From: an uncultured Synechococcaceae cyanobacterium
GTDB lineage: Bacteria > Cyanobacteriota > Cyanobacteriia > PCC-6307 > Cyanobiaceae
Length of the DNA stretch: 53,629 nucleotides
Reading direction: 5' to 3'
NCBI GenBank assembly: GCA_902573335.1
Contig: CACGJI010000001.1
Coordinates: 1-53,629 of the forward strand
Below are positions 21,670-32,412 of this stretch, piece by piece (position 1 is the first letter of the stretch; each line of letters begins with the position of its first letter). Under the pieces are notes generated by a model that saw only the letters and a list, made by a program, of their open reading frames with translations, searched no databases and had not been told where the DNA came from. The position numbers were made by a program, and so were the translations under genes.

Positions 21670-22815
21670 TTGGACAGTAAGAAACTAATTTTAAAACCAG
21701 GATTAGAGGGCGTCCCAGTTACTAATTCATCTATCTGTGATATTGACGGTAACAAAGGTAAATTATTGTACAGGGGGTTCTCCATTGAGGAACTATCTAA
21801 AAAAAGTAGTTTTTTAGAAACTGCTTACCTATTGATTTGGGGTGAATTACCCACGGCTATTCAACTTAGAGATTTTGAACAAGAAGTTCAGATGCATCGA
21901 AGGTTAAGTTTTAGAGTCAGAGATATGATGAAATGCTTCCCTGCGACAGGTCATCCTATGGATGCTCTTCAGTCTAGTGCTGCTTCTTTGGGTCTCTTCT
22001 ATTCGCGTAGGGCAATAGATGATCCTAATTACATCTACAACGCAGTCATAAGACTAATAGCAAAAATCCCCACAATGATTGCTGCGTTTCAACTTATTAG
22101 AAAAGGACAAGATCCAATTCAACCTAGAGATGATTTAACTTACTCATCGAATTTTCTTTACATGCTGACTGAAAAGGAACAAGACCCTATAGCTGCAAAA
22201 GTTTTTGATAGGTGTTTAATTCTTCATGCCGAACATAGTTTAAACGCAAGTACATTTAGCGCTAGAGTGACTGCAAGTACTCTTACAGATCCATATGCTG
22301 TCATCGCCTCTGCGGTAGGAACCCTGGCTGGCCCACTGCATGGAGGGGCAAATGAGGATGTGATTGCAATGTTAGAAGAGATTAAAACTCCAGAAAATGC
22401 TGGGTCTTTTTTAGATAATGCAATAAAAAATAAAAGTAAGATAATGGGCTTCGGCCACAGAGAATACAAAGTCAAAGATCCAAGAGCAATAATTCTTCAA
22501 AAACTGGCAGAAGAACTTTTTATTAGATTCGGAGCAGATGAAATGTATGAAGTTGCTAAATCACTTGAGGCAGAGGCAATCCCAAGACTTGGACCTAAGG
22601 GAATATTCCCAAACGTGGATTTTTATTCTGGTCTTGTTTATAGAAAACTTGGTATTCCCCGTGATTTATTTACTCCAATTTTTGCCATATCTAGAGTGGC
22701 TGGTTGGTTAGCTCATTGGAGAGAGCAACTTGGAGCAAATAGAATTTTCAGACCATCGCAAATCTATACAGGTTCAGCACCAAGAGATTGGATCAGCTTA
22801 GAAAATAGAGAATAA
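21670..22815 (+). CDS. gltA: Citrate synthase
   Basis: GLEGV, LHAEHSLNAST, GPLHGGANE, MGFGHREY and PNVDFYSG. Confidence 0.98.
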   Translation: MDSKKLILKPGLEGVPVTNSSICDIDGNKGKLLYRGFSIEELSKKSSFLETAYLLIWGELPTAIQLRDFEQEVQMHRRLSFRVRDMMKCFPATGHPMDALQSSAASLGLFYSRRAIDDPNYIYNAVIRLIAKIPTMIAAFQLIRKGQDPIQPRDDLTYSSNFLYMLTEKEQDPIAAKVFDRCLILHAEHSLNASTFSARVTASTLTDPYAVIASAVGTLAGPLHGGANEDVIAMLEEIKTPENAGSFLDNAIKNKSKIMGFGHREYKVKDPRAIILQKLAEELFIRFGADEMYEVAKSLEAEAIPRLGPKGIFPNVDFYSGLVYRKLGIPRDLFTPIFAISRVAGWLAHWREQLGANRIFRPSQIYTGSAPRDWISLENRE

Positions 22816-22891
22816 TATTTGCAGCTTTTCATAAAAAAACACACATATTGTTTGTGAAGAGTTAATCTATTAAGTAAATAACAAAAAAATT

Positions 22892-24010
22892 TTGGAATAC
22901 GGATTAGATCTAGAATATAGTTTTAATGAATTCTTAAAAGGTTTTGGCCTTTCCAGCGAAATCGCTCATATAATCTGGCTGCCTCTACCTATGCTTTTGG
23001 TTTTGATAGCAGCAGTAGTTGGCGTTTTAGTAACAGTTTGGCTTGAAAGAAAAATATCTGCTGCTGCTCAACAAAGAATAGGTCCCGAATATGCTGGAGC
23101 GCTTGGCGTCCTCCAACCAATTGCAGATGGTCTTAAGTTACTTGTCAAAGAAGATATTATTCCTGCCAAAGCTGATGGGATTCTCTTCACTGCAGGACCT
23201 ATATTAGTTCTTGTCCCAGTGATTCTGTCTTGGCTAATTGTTCCTTTTGGACAAAACCTTTTAATAAGTAATGTAGGTATTGGAATTTTCCTTTGGATCG
23301 CTTTAAGCAGCATTCAGCCAATTGGCCTTCTCATGAGCGGATACGCATCAAATAATAAGTATTCTTTATTAGGAGGTTTAAGAGCAGCAGCCCAATCAAT
23401 AAGTTATGAAATTCCTTTAGCTTTATCTGTACTGGCTATCGTACTGATGACAAATTCTCTAAGTACGGTTGACATTGTCAACCAACAAAGCGGTGCTGGA
23501 ATCCTAAGTTGGAATATATGGAGACAACCAGTTGGTTTTATAGTCTTTTGGATTTGTGCTCTTGCAGAATGTGAGAGACTTCCATTTGACTTACCCGAAG
23601 CTGAAGAAGAATTAGTTGCAGGATATCAAACTGAATATGCAGGGATGAAATTCGCATTGTTCTATCTTGGTAGTTACATTAATTTAATCCTTTCAGCTTT
23701 ATTGGTATCAATACTTTATTTAGGAGGATGGGGTTTTCCTATTCCAGTTGAATTAATAGCTAAGTTTCTAAATTTGCCAATTAATGCACCCTTCATACAA
23801 GTTTTCACTGCATCAATAGGAATTGTTATGACTGTATTAAAAGCATATCTTTTAGTTTTCATTGCAATATTATTGCGTTGGACAACTCCTAGAGTAAGGA
23901 TAGATCAACTATTAGATCTAGGATGGAAGTTTCTTCTTCCAATTTCTCTTGCTAATCTTTTGATAACTGCAGGATTAAAACTTGCATTTCCTCAATTCTT
24001 TGGTGGTTAA
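22892..24010 (+). CDS. ndhA: NDH-1 subunit A (NuoH)
   Basis: [43 protein letters not shown] and RVRIDQLL. Confidence 0.98.
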   Translation: MEYGLDLEYSFNEFLKGFGLSSEIAHIIWLPLPMLLVLIAAVVGVLVTVWLERKISAAAQQRIGPEYAGALGVLQPIADGLKLLVKEDIIPAKADGILFTAGPILVLVPVILSWLIVPFGQNLLISNVGIGIFLWIALSSIQPIGLLMSGYASNNKYSLLGGLRAAAQSISYEIPLALSVLAIVLMTNSLSTVDIVNQQSGAGILSWNIWRQPVGFIVFWICALAECERLPFDLPEAEEELVAGYQTEYAGMKFALFYLGSYINLILSALLVSILYLGGWGFPIPVELIAKFLNLPINAPFIQVFTASIGIVMTVLKAYLLVFIAILLRWTTPRVRIDQLLDLGWKFLLPISLANLLITAGLKLAFPQFFGG

Positions 24011-24078
24011 ACTTAAGTAAAAATACTTAAATTCAAAATTAATCCACTAAAATAAAATAACTAAGTAAATTCTTCAAA

Positions 24079-24705
24079 ATGAAAAATTTCCTTCATCAAA
24101 TAAATAGCTATATTAAAGAAGCATTTAATGCTGGCAAATATCTATACAATGGCTTATCAGTAACTTTTGATCATCTTCGAAGAAGACCTGTTACTGTCCA
24201 ATATCCATATGAAAAATTAATACCTTCTGAAAGATATAGAGGAAGGATTCACTATGAATTCGATAAATGTATTGCTTGTGAAGTTTGCGTGAGAGTATGT
24301 CCCATAAATTTACCAGTAGTTGACTGGGTAATGAATAAAGAAACCAAAAAAAAGGAACTTAGAAATTATTCTATAGACTTTGGAGTTTGTATATTTTGCG
24401 GAAATTGTGTTGAATATTGTCCAACTAATTGTTTATCCATGACAGAAGAATATGAATTAGCTACTTTTGACAGACACAATCTAAATTTTGATAATGTTGC
24501 ACTTGGTAGACTACCCACAAATGTTACAACAGATCCTTCAGTTAAACCTCTAAGAGAACTCGCCTATCTTCCCAAAGGTGTAATGGACCCACATGAAATC
24601 CAATCTTCAGATACTAGAGTTGGTAAATTACCTGAAGAAGTCTATGATTGGATGAGACTAGAATCCAATGAAAATAAAGATAAAGTTTCTAATCCAAACA
24701 ATTAA
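24079..24705 (+). CDS. ndhI: NDH-1 subunit I (2x[4Fe-4S])
   Basis: [12 protein letters not shown] and [12 protein letters not shown]. Confidence 0.98.
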   Translation: MKNFLHQINSYIKEAFNAGKYLYNGLSVTFDHLRRRPVTVQYPYEKLIPSERYRGRIHYEFDKCIACEVCVRVCPINLPVVDWVMNKETKKKELRNYSIDFGVCIFCGNCVEYCPTNCLSMTEEYELATFDRHNLNFDNVALGRLPTNVTTDPSVKPLRELAYLPKGVMDPHEIQSSDTRVGKLPEEVYDWMRLESNENKDKVSNPNN

Positions 24706-24718
24706 TTTCAATTAATTT

Positions 24719-25318
24719 ATGTCCATTGCAATAACTACTCAAATTATTTGTTTTTCAGTTTTATCTTTAGTTATCCTTATCGGAGCAATTGGTGTTGTAT
24801 TGCTAGAAAGTATTGTTTATTCAGCCTTTCTTCTAGGAGGAGTTTTCATGAGTGTTGCGGGATTATATCTTCTTTTAAATGCTAGTTTTGTTGCTGCAGC
24901 ACAAGTTTTAGTTTATGTAGGTGCAGTTAATGTATTAATAATCTTTGCAATAATGCTAGTCAATAAAAAAGAAGATTTAAAACCCATCAGTGACATTAAA
25001 TCGAGAAGAATCATATCAACATCAATATGTTTAACCCTGCTAAGCCTTTTGATAAGAGTTGACTTGACTAATGTATGGACCCTATCAAGTCCTCAAAACT
25101 CTATAGGTGAAGAATCGACTATCAGAATTGGTGAACATCTATTTAGTGATTATTTACTCCCATTTGAAGTAGCATCAGTTTTACTTTTAATGGCAATGAT
25201 TGGAGCTATTGTTTTAGCTAGAAGAGATGTAATGAGCAAGGATATTTCCACTGGATTACCCGTTGATCAAGAGTTAATTGAAAAATCATCAGAACCATTA
25301 CTTACAAATAAAAATTAA
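24719..25318 (+). CDS. ndhG: NDH-1 subunit G (NuoJ)
   Basis: IVYSAFLL, AQVLVYVGAVNVL and LLPFEVASVLLL. Confidence 0.97.
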   Translation: MSIAITTQIICFSVLSLVILIGAIGVVLLESIVYSAFLLGGVFMSVAGLYLLLNASFVAAAQVLVYVGAVNVLIIFAIMLVNKKEDLKPISDIKSRRIISTSICLTLLSLLIRVDLTNVWTLSSPQNSIGEESTIRIGEHLFSDYLLPFEVASVLLLMAMIGAIVLARRDVMSKDISTGLPVDQELIEKSSEPLLTNKN

Positions 25319-25336
25319 CCTTTTATTTTTCTTATT

Positions 25337-25657
25337 ATGAGTTTAGAATCAATTCCTATTCAAGCATTTTTAATAGTATCTTCAGCACTATTCTGCATTG
25401 GGGTTTGGGGATTATTAAATAGCAGAAATGCAGTAAGAGTTCTTATGAGCATTGAGTTAATGCTCAATGCAGTAAATATAAACTTAATGGCGTTTTCTTC
25501 CTATGTTGATAATAATTTAATTCAAGGACAAGTTTTTACAATTTTTGTGATCACTGTTGCTGCAGCAGAAGCAGCAGTTGGATTAGCTATCTTATTATCT
25601 CTTTATAGGAATAGGGTGACTGTAGATATGGAAAGTTTTAATTTATTAAAATGGTAA
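25337..25657 (+). CDS. ndhE: NDH-1 subunit E (NuoK)
   Basis: SRNAVRVLMSIELMLN and AAAEAAVGLAI. Confidence 0.97.
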   Translation: MSLESIPIQAFLIVSSALFCIGVWGLLNSRNAVRVLMSIELMLNAVNINLMAFSSYVDNNLIQGQVFTIFVITVAAAEAAVGLAILLSLYRNRVTVDMESFNLLKW

Positions 25658-25666
25658 AACCACTAA

Positions 25667-26575
25667 ATGAAAATTTCATTAGTGCTTATTATATATCGTT
25701 CAGATAGTTCCATAGCTCAAGAGGCTTCTAAATTCTGTGAAGATGTACTCAAAGCTAAAAATATAAAATCAAAAAGAATTCAAAGCGATTTTCACAGAGA
25801 TGATATTGCAAAACATCTTTATAATCTAGAATTACAACCAAATATTGGCATAGTTCTTGGTGGAGATGGAACCTTTCTAAAATGTGCAAATGCTTTAACT
25901 GATTATGATATTCCTTTGTTGAGCATTAATATTGGTGGTAATCTGGGTTTCCTTACCCAAGAAAAAGATTTTTTGTTTGACAAATCTTTTATTGAAATCC
26001 TTGAAAACGAAGAATATAAAATTGACTTTCGTAATAGATTAAATTGTAATGTTTGTATTGGGACAAGTTCTGAGAAAAAGATTATAAAAAGCTACGATGC
26101 CTTAAATGATTTTTATTTTAAATCTGTTGAAGAAGACATTTCTCCGACCAACCAAATAGAAATTGAAATAGATAACGAGAAGGTTAATGAATACAAAGGT
26201 GATGGATTAATCATATCTACATCTACTGGTTCAACAGCCTACTCAATGGCTGCAGGAGGGCCAATAGTGCACCCTAATCTTGATGCAATAATAATTAACC
26301 CTATATGCCCGATGAGTTTGGCTAGCAGACCAATAGTTATACCTAATACAAGTAAGGTGATCATAAAACCTGTTAAAAAAAGTAAAGGGGAAATTAAATT
26401 ATGGAAAGACGGGTCAAAATGTATGACCATTAAGGAAAATTATTTTTGTGAGATCAAAAAAGGGAAATCGCCCTGCAAAATAATAAAGTTCAAAAAAAGC
26501 ACAAGTTACTATAGTACCCTAATTAAGAAACTAGATTGGAAAGGTGATTTATCTCAAAAGAATTTAAAAAATTAA
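25667..26575 (+). CDS. nadK: NAD(+) kinase
   Basis: GGDGT, GNLGFL, ALND and [21 protein letters not shown]. Confidence 0.95.
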   Translation: MKISLVLIIYRSDSSIAQEASKFCEDVLKAKNIKSKRIQSDFHRDDIAKHLYNLELQPNIGIVLGGDGTFLKCANALTDYDIPLLSINIGGNLGFLTQEKDFLFDKSFIEILENEEYKIDFRNRLNCNVCIGTSSEKKIIKSYDALNDFYFKSVEEDISPTNQIEIEIDNEKVNEYKGDGLIISTSTGSTAYSMAAGGPIVHPNLDAIIINPICPMSLASRPIVIPNTSKVIIKPVKKSKGEIKLWKDGSKCMTIKENYFCEIKKGKSPCKIIKFKKSTSYYSTLIKKLDWKGDLSQKNLKN

Positions 26576-27073
26576 ATGGGCTTAGAAATAGAAAGAAGAT
26601 TTCTTATAAAAAATGATAATTGGAGAGAATTCATAAATAAAAAAATTTATATTGAACAAGGATATTTATCCAAAAGTTTAGATGGTTGGATTATTAGGGT
26701 AAGGCTTATAGGCAAAAACTCTAAAATTGCGCTTAAAAAACATATCAAAGGCTTTACCAACTTTGAATTTGAATACTCCATTCCAAGAAGCGATGCTGAA
26801 ACAATAATTTCAAATCTTTCAAATACAATTAAAAAAGATAGATACTTTCTAGAAATTGAAAAAAAATCTTGGATTATAGATTGCTTCAAGGAAAATAATT
26901 ATCCACTTGAAATTGCAGAAATTGAACTTTCTAATGAAGAGGAAGATTTAATTCTTCCTTCTTTCATTTCAAAAGAAATTACTGGTCTGACCCATTACTC
27001 CAATTTCAGTCTTGCTAACAATCCTTATTCAGAGTGGGAAGAAAAATATTTAACAACTATAAAAAGTAACTAG
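26576..27073 (+). CDS. CYTH (triphosphate tunnel metalloenzyme) domain protein
   Basis: N-terminal EIERRF, QGYL, EFEY and AEIEL. Confidence 0.9.
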   Translation: MGLEIERRFLIKNDNWREFINKKIYIEQGYLSKSLDGWIIRVRLIGKNSKIALKKHIKGFTNFEFEYSIPRSDAETIISNLSNTIKKDRYFLEIEKKSWIIDCFKENNYPLEIAEIELSNEEEDLILPSFISKEITGLTHYSNFSLANNPYSEWEEKYLTTIKSN

Positions 27074-27134
27074 CCAGAAGAACCACTCATCCTTTATATT
27101 TTCTTTATATTTAAGCAAGGTATTTTTTCTTCAG

Positions 27135-27323
27135 ATGTATGGTCTTTACGACAAAGAAGGAATATTGAGATTTGTTGATTCAGACAAAGATGCTTGTATT
27201 GCATATGCTGAACTCTTCGAATTAGGTTCTACAAATTATTGTCTAATGGATTTGGCTAATGATACAAAAAAAGTAAAGCCTTATACTAATCTTGATCAGA
27301 GTCTGGGAGTGTACAACAATTAA
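27135..27323 (+). CDS. Small hypothetical protein (62 aa)
   Basis: ATG-started ORF filling the intergenic gap with protein-like composition (MYGLYDKEGILRF...); its 3' end overlaps pedR by 38 nt. Confidence 0.6.
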   Translation: MYGLYDKEGILRFVDSDKDACIAYAELFELGSTNYCLMDLANDTKKVKPYTNLDQSLGVYNN

Positions 27324-27564
27324 ACCCATCTCTACAAATCTTTCCGTTGTCCATTGCCCAATTTAAGAGTGCTACTCTATTTTTAGAACCAGTTTTTGTA
27401 AACATATTACTTACATGATTATCAACAGTTCTTTTACTAATAGTTAGTTTTACCGCAATTTCTTGATTTGTAAGCCCATCAGCTACGAGATCAATGATTT
27501 CCATCTCCCTTGCTGAGAGACCCATCATATCAATGTTGTTTACTTCTTCATCAACCATTTGCAT
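27286..27564 (-). CDS. pedR: Small LuxR-type HTH regulator with C-terminal Cys cluster (PedR-like)
   Basis: LSAREMEIIDLVADGLTNQEIA..LTISKRTVDNHVSN HTH with no receiver domain; C-terminal ICRDGFNCC. Confidence 0.8.
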   Translation of the reverse strand: MQMVDEEVNNIDMMGLSAREMEIIDLVADGLTNQEIAVKLTISKRTVDNHVSNMFTKTGSKNRVALLNWAMDNGKICRDGFNCCTLPDSDQD

Positions 27565-27641
27565 TTAAACAGTTCCTTTTTTATATTAGTTAAGTTTAGC
27601 AATCTCAGTACACTTGTTAACCAACTAGGAAACAAAAGCAA

Positions 27642-28532
27642 TTGAAATCAAAACTTCAGCAGACTTTAGAAAAAAGATCTAAGGTAATAACGGCAGAGTT
27701 AATGCCTCCAAGAGGTGGAAGCACCGTAAGATCTCTTAAGATAGCACAACTTTTGAAAGATAAGGTACATGCTGTTAACATTACTGATGGAAGCAGAGCT
27801 GTAATGAGAATGTGCAGCTTGGCAATGTCCAAACTATTACTGGAAAATGGGATAGAACCAGTAATGCAAATTTCTTGCAGAGATCGTAATAAAATTGCTT
27901 TACAATCAGACATTCTGGGAGCAAATGCTTTAGGAATTAAAAACATCTTATGCATTACCGGTGATTCAGTAAAAGCTGGGGATCAACAAGATGCCAAGGC
28001 CGTTCATGAGTTTGAGTCAGTTAGATTGCTTCAACAAATTCAGGCTTTTAATAAAGGAATTGATCCTACTCTAGGAGAACTTTCCGATAAAAAAACATTT
28101 ATTTTTACAGGTGCAGCAGCTGATCCAAATTGCAAAAATAAAAGGAGTTTAGAAAATAGATTAAGAAAGAAAAAAGAGGCTGGAGCTGGATTTATACAAA
28201 CTCAAATGGTTATGGAAAAAGAAAATTTGATAGAGTTTTGTGAAAAAATTAGCATGCCTCTTGAAATTCCAGTAATTGCAGGCGTATTCCTATTGAAATC
28301 TTACAAAAACGCTCTCTTTATAAACAAATACGTTCCAGGCGCAAACATCCCTGAAAATATCTTAAATCGTCTTAAAGATGCTAAAGACCCATTACAAGAA
28401 GGTATTCAAATTGCATCTGAACAAGCTCATGATTTTATTAATATCGCGAATGGTGTTCATCTAATGGCCGTAAAAGCAGAGCATTTAATTCCTGAGATTC
28501 TTAAAAAAGCTAATCTTAGTCTGGAATATTAA
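27642..28532 (+). CDS. metF: 5,10-methylenetetrahydrofolate reductase
   Basis: ITAELMPP, NITDG, CRDRN, ITGD and GAGFIQTQ. Confidence 0.92.
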   Translation: MKSKLQQTLEKRSKVITAELMPPRGGSTVRSLKIAQLLKDKVHAVNITDGSRAVMRMCSLAMSKLLLENGIEPVMQISCRDRNKIALQSDILGANALGIKNILCITGDSVKAGDQQDAKAVHEFESVRLLQQIQAFNKGIDPTLGELSDKKTFIFTGAAADPNCKNKRSLENRLRKKKEAGAGFIQTQMVMEKENLIEFCEKISMPLEIPVIAGVFLLKSYKNALFINKYVPGANIPENILNRLKDAKDPLQEGIQIASEQAHDFINIANGVHLMAVKAEHLIPEILKKANLSLEY

Positions 28533-29694
28533 TCAAATCAGTACCTAATAATTCTGCCATAGCTTTCTGCTGAGGCGATGGCTCAGTTAAATCAGATCTT
28601 CTTGAATCTGCTATTAACCAATCTAAAGATGCATCTTGCAAATCAAAATGATCTCCATTTTTGCCAACACAATATTTACCAAACACTAACTTATCCATAA
28701 GTCTTACACCTTTACCAATTTTAGAATAATCAAAAATAATTGAGTTATCTATTGTTGCGCCTTCGCAAATGCAACAACTTGGTCCAATCATGGAAGGGCC
28801 AATAATAGTTGCTCCATCCTCAATCCTAGTCATGCCTCCTATATAAACCGGCCCGCTAATATTAACCTTTTCCCAGTTAGCCGCTACATTCAAACCGGTA
28901 AAAACTCCTGGTTTTATTTCCTTACCTGGTATTTGTACTTGTCTTACCTTACCTTGTAATACATTTCTAATAGCACTCCAATAATCAGGAACTTTTCCAA
29001 TATCTACCCATTCAAAATCCATTGGTAATGCAAAAAATGGTAAATCCATTTCAACAAGTTTAGGGAAAAGATCAGCTCCAATATCAAATTTCTCCGCTGA
29101 AGGTATGTAATTAAAAATTTCGGGTTCGAAAAGATAAATTCCTGTATTTATAGAGTCACTTAAAGCTTGATCAACTGTTGGCTTTTCCTGAAAAGCCTTT
29201 ATTCGACCATTTTCATCAGAAACTACGACACCGTAACTTGATACTTGATCTTTAGTGACCTTCTTTGTTATTAAACTCGCAATAGCACCTTTCTGTTTAT
29301 GTTTTTTAACAGCTTGAGTTAAATCTAAATCAACTAAAGCATCACCACATAAAACAACAAAAGTTTCATCAAAGAAATTTTGAAAATCCTGAATTTTTTT
29401 TAATCCTCCTGCGGATCCCAAAGCATCACCTATTAATTCTCCATCTTCAATTCTCCCCTCAAAACTATAAGCAATTTCTACTCCAAATCTTTGCCCATCC
29501 CTAAAATAATTTTCAATTTCTTCAGCCAGATGAGAAACATTTACCATTATTTCCTTAAAATTATGTTCTCTTAAAAGTTCCAAGAGAAACTCCATAACAG
29601 GTTTTTGCAAAATCGGAATCATCGGTTTTGGAATAACATGCGTAATAGGCTGAACACGTGTACCTTTACCTGCCGCAAGTATCATTGCCTTCAT
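28516..29694 (-). CDS. cugP: NDP-sugar pyrophosphorylase (cyanobacterial CugP-type UDP-glucose pyrophosphorylase)
   Basis: MKAMILAAGKGTRVQP, PKPMIP, FQEKP and WVDIG, plus a C-terminal left-handed beta-helix; substrate is inferred. Confidence 0.75.
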   Translation of the reverse strand: MKAMILAAGKGTRVQPITHVIPKPMIPILQKPVMEFLLELLREHNFKEIMVNVSHLAEEIENYFRDGQRFGVEIAYSFEGRIEDGELIGDALGSAGGLKKIQDFQNFFDETFVVLCGDALVDLDLTQAVKKHKQKGAIASLITKKVTKDQVSSYGVVVSDENGRIKAFQEKPTVDQALSDSINTGIYLFEPEIFNYIPSAEKFDIGADLFPKLVEMDLPFFALPMDFEWVDIGKVPDYWSAIRNVLQGKVRQVQIPGKEIKPGVFTGLNVAANWEKVNISGPVYIGGMTRIEDGATIIGPSMIGPSCCICEGATIDNSIIFDYSKIGKGVRLMDKLVFGKYCVGKNGDHFDLQDASLDWLIADSRRSDLTEPSPQQKAMAELLGTDLINIPD

Positions 29695-29741
29695 AAATTC
29701 AAAACCATTTTTTAAAATTATACGTTATTACTATGAAGCTT

Positions 29742-30563
29742 CTAAGCAACCGAGGAAGAGTTATTACTTACCTCAAGATTTTCTATAGGCAATTGAGCTA
29801 AGCAACCATCAGGTATTATTCTTTTAATTTGAATTGGGCCATATAAAGATTTAATTTGTTTAATTTCAATTTTGTTTTCAGATGATAAAAATAACAACGC
29901 CCAAAAAACTCCCAAACGATCTTTATCTAAATCATTTTTTACTACTGTTTGCCATTTTTTTACTAAATATTCAAAATCTGTCCATCCTAATGCTTTTTCC
30001 CATCCTTCAATAAATTTCCCTAATGCTTTAGTGGTTTCTGGAAGTTTCTCGCGATGCGCTAATGACTTTACTTGAGAAATTAATGCTCTATCAGAATATT
30101 TTTTATTTCTTTTTCTCTTCATGAGCAGAAGATCTTGGGTTTCTATAACTTCTGCTATTGACTCTAACTGACTTACAAGTTCTCCCAATGTTGTTGTACG
30201 TTTAAGAATTGGTTTTGCAATTGATCTTCTCCTGAGATATTTTTCAGGATATTTTGGAATATCAAATTCTTTATCAATCCAATCTTGATCATCCAAATCA
30301 AATTCATCTTCAAAATCGGGAGAATTTTCTTTGAAAACATCAGATTCCAAAACCTGAGCCTTAAGATTAACAAGTACGGAAGCCGCAAAAAATGCTTCGC
30401 TGGTCTCAGCTAAATCCTTATGATATGAGATTTGACTATTTGAAGATTGATTAAAAGTATTTGAGTATTGCTCTAAAAAACTATCAATTACACTTATTAC
30501 ATCAATATCCCATGGATCAAGCTCACCTTTACCTGCGGCGTCTTGAAGAAACTTAATCAACAA
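29742..30563 (-). CDS. scpA: Segregation and condensation protein A (kleisin)
   Basis: GELDPWDIDVI..ID.FL, FFAASVLVNLKA and DRLGVFWALLFL. True start may lie slightly upstream. Confidence 0.85.
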   Translation of the reverse strand: MLIKFLQDAAGKGELDPWDIDVISVIDSFLEQYSNTFNQSSNSQISYHKDLAETSEAFFAASVLVNLKAQVLESDVFKENSPDFEDEFDLDDQDWIDKEFDIPKYPEKYLRRRSIAKPILKRTTTLGELVSQLESIAEVIETQDLLLMKRKRNKKYSDRALISQVKSLAHREKLPETTKALGKFIEGWEKALGWTDFEYLVKKWQTVVKNDLDKDRLGVFWALLFLSSENKIEIKQIKSLYGPIQIKRIIPDGCLAQLPIENLEVSNNSSSVA

Positions 30564-30686
30564 TCTAGGGCCTAATTGTTGCCTATCAATAGGATTGAAA
30601 TAAGATATTTTGAAATAGATAAAATCTATTCACAAGATATCTTTTTATTTATTTAATGCCAAACAATATTGCATTAATTTAAGAAA

Positions 30687-32327
30687 TTATATTGATGGAG
30701 CTTTTAGGATCTCATTTGTTTTAGTTCCTGAAAAAATATTTGTTTTCGCAGCTCCTTTAACTGCAGTTAAATCTCGATCGACCAAATTATTGATAGATGC
30801 AATGTAACTTTCAGTAACTAATCTTGGGTACAAACCTATTCCAATAATCGGTAAAAGTAAACAAGCAATAATATAAACTTCCCTTGGCTCTGCATCTATA
30901 AGTTTTCGTTCTTCAATTAATTTAGGATTTTCTTTACCAAAGAAAATTTCTCGCAACATTGAAAGTAGATAAATAGGCGTAAGTATTACACCTATAGCAG
31001 CTAAAGAGGCCATCACCACCCTAAAGGGAAGTGTATAGACTTCATCAGTAACAAATCCAGTAAATACCATCAATTCGGAAACAAATCCGCTCATACCAGG
31101 CAAAGCCAGGGAAGCCAGGGAGCAAGCAGTCCATAGGGCAAACATAATTCTCATTTTTTGACCTACACCACTCATTTCATCAAGTTTAAGAGTCTTTGTT
31201 CTGTCATAGGTGGCACCAACAAGAAAAAATAAACTTGCACCTATTAATCCATGACTAACCATTTGCAGCATAGCTCCGCTTGTTCCAAGGCTACTAAAAC
31301 TCCCTATACCAATAAGAACAAAACCCATATGACTTATCGAACTGTATGCAATTTTTCTTTTAAGATTTCTTTGAGCAAATGAAGTTAATGCAGCATAAAT
31401 AATATTGACTACCCCTAGAACTATTAATAATGGGGCAAATTGAGCATGAGCAACGGGTAATAATTGTGCATTAAATCTTAAAAGAGCATATCCTCCCATC
31501 TTTAATAAAATTCCTGCTAAAAGCATATGAACGGGAGCTGTAGCCTCTCCATGAGCATCTGGTAGCCAAGTATGTAGAGGTACTATTGGTAGTTTCACGC
31601 CAAATGCAATTAAAAGCCCTACATAACATAATATTTGGAATTTTTGACTAAAATCTTGAGCTGCCAAGTGAGAAAACTCAAAGTTAGGAATTTCTGTACC
31701 ATAGAAACCCATTGCTAACGCTGCAAGAAGAATGAAGATAGAACTACCAGCTGTATAAATAATGAATTTTGTTGCTGCATATTGTCGATTTTTGCCACCC
31801 CATATAGCCAGTAATAAATAAACAGGAATTAATTCAAGTTCCCAAGTTAGAAAGAATAAAAGCATATCTTGTACGGCAAAAACAGCGATTTGCCCACCAT
31901 CCATAACCAATATCAAAAAGAAAAATAGCTTTGGTTTGAACTTGACTGGCCATGCAGCGAGAACTGCTAAAGCAGTTATAAAACTAGTCAATAATATTAA
32001 TGGCATAGACATGCCATCAGCGCCAACAGACCAAGTAAGACCTAAATCAGGGAGCCAACTAATATTTTCTTTAAGTTGAACATTTTCATTAGTAATATCA
32101 AAGCCATTTATATATGAACCTACAGTTATTAAAAAAGTTATTAATGCAATAGACAATGCGAACCATCTAACCTCTTTGCCATCCCCTTTATCTGGGAAAA
32201 AAGGTATCACAAATGCGCTAACAATTGGGAATAAAATTGAAGCAGATAACCAAGGAAAATTGGAAAATCCAGCTCCCAAACTACCCAACATTTGTGTCGC
32301 AAAATGTGTATAAAAATAAGTACTCAA
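30687..32327 (-). CDS. ndhD: NDH-1 subunit D1 (NuoM)
   Basis: [27 protein letters not shown] and [13 protein letters not shown]; alternative start at 32291. Confidence 0.96.
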   Translation of the reverse strand: MSTYFYTHFATQMLGSLGAGFSNFPWLSASILFPIVSAFVIPFFPDKGDGKEVRWFALSIALITFLITVGSYINGFDITNENVQLKENISWLPDLGLTWSVGADGMSMPLILLTSFITALAVLAAWPVKFKPKLFFFLILVMDGGQIAVFAVQDMLLFFLTWELELIPVYLLLAIWGGKNRQYAATKFIIYTAGSSIFILLAALAMGFYGTEIPNFEFSHLAAQDFSQKFQILCYVGLLIAFGVKLPIVPLHTWLPDAHGEATAPVHMLLAGILLKMGGYALLRFNAQLLPVAHAQFAPLLIVLGVVNIIYAALTSFAQRNLKRKIAYSSISHMGFVLIGIGSFSSLGTSGAMLQMVSHGLIGASLFFLVGATYDRTKTLKLDEMSGVGQKMRIMFALWTACSLASLALPGMSGFVSELMVFTGFVTDEVYTLPFRVVMASLAAIGVILTPIYLLSMLREIFFGKENPKLIEERKLIDAEPREVYIIACLLLPIIGIGLYPRLVTESYIASINNLVDRDLTAVKGAAKTNIFSGTKTNEILKAPSI

Positions 32328-32412
32328 TTTAATAAGAAATTTATCTTAAATAAAGTCTAGAAATTTTCTGTATTTTTTCACCCCAATGAACAGTGAAGAC
32401 ACACAATTGTAA

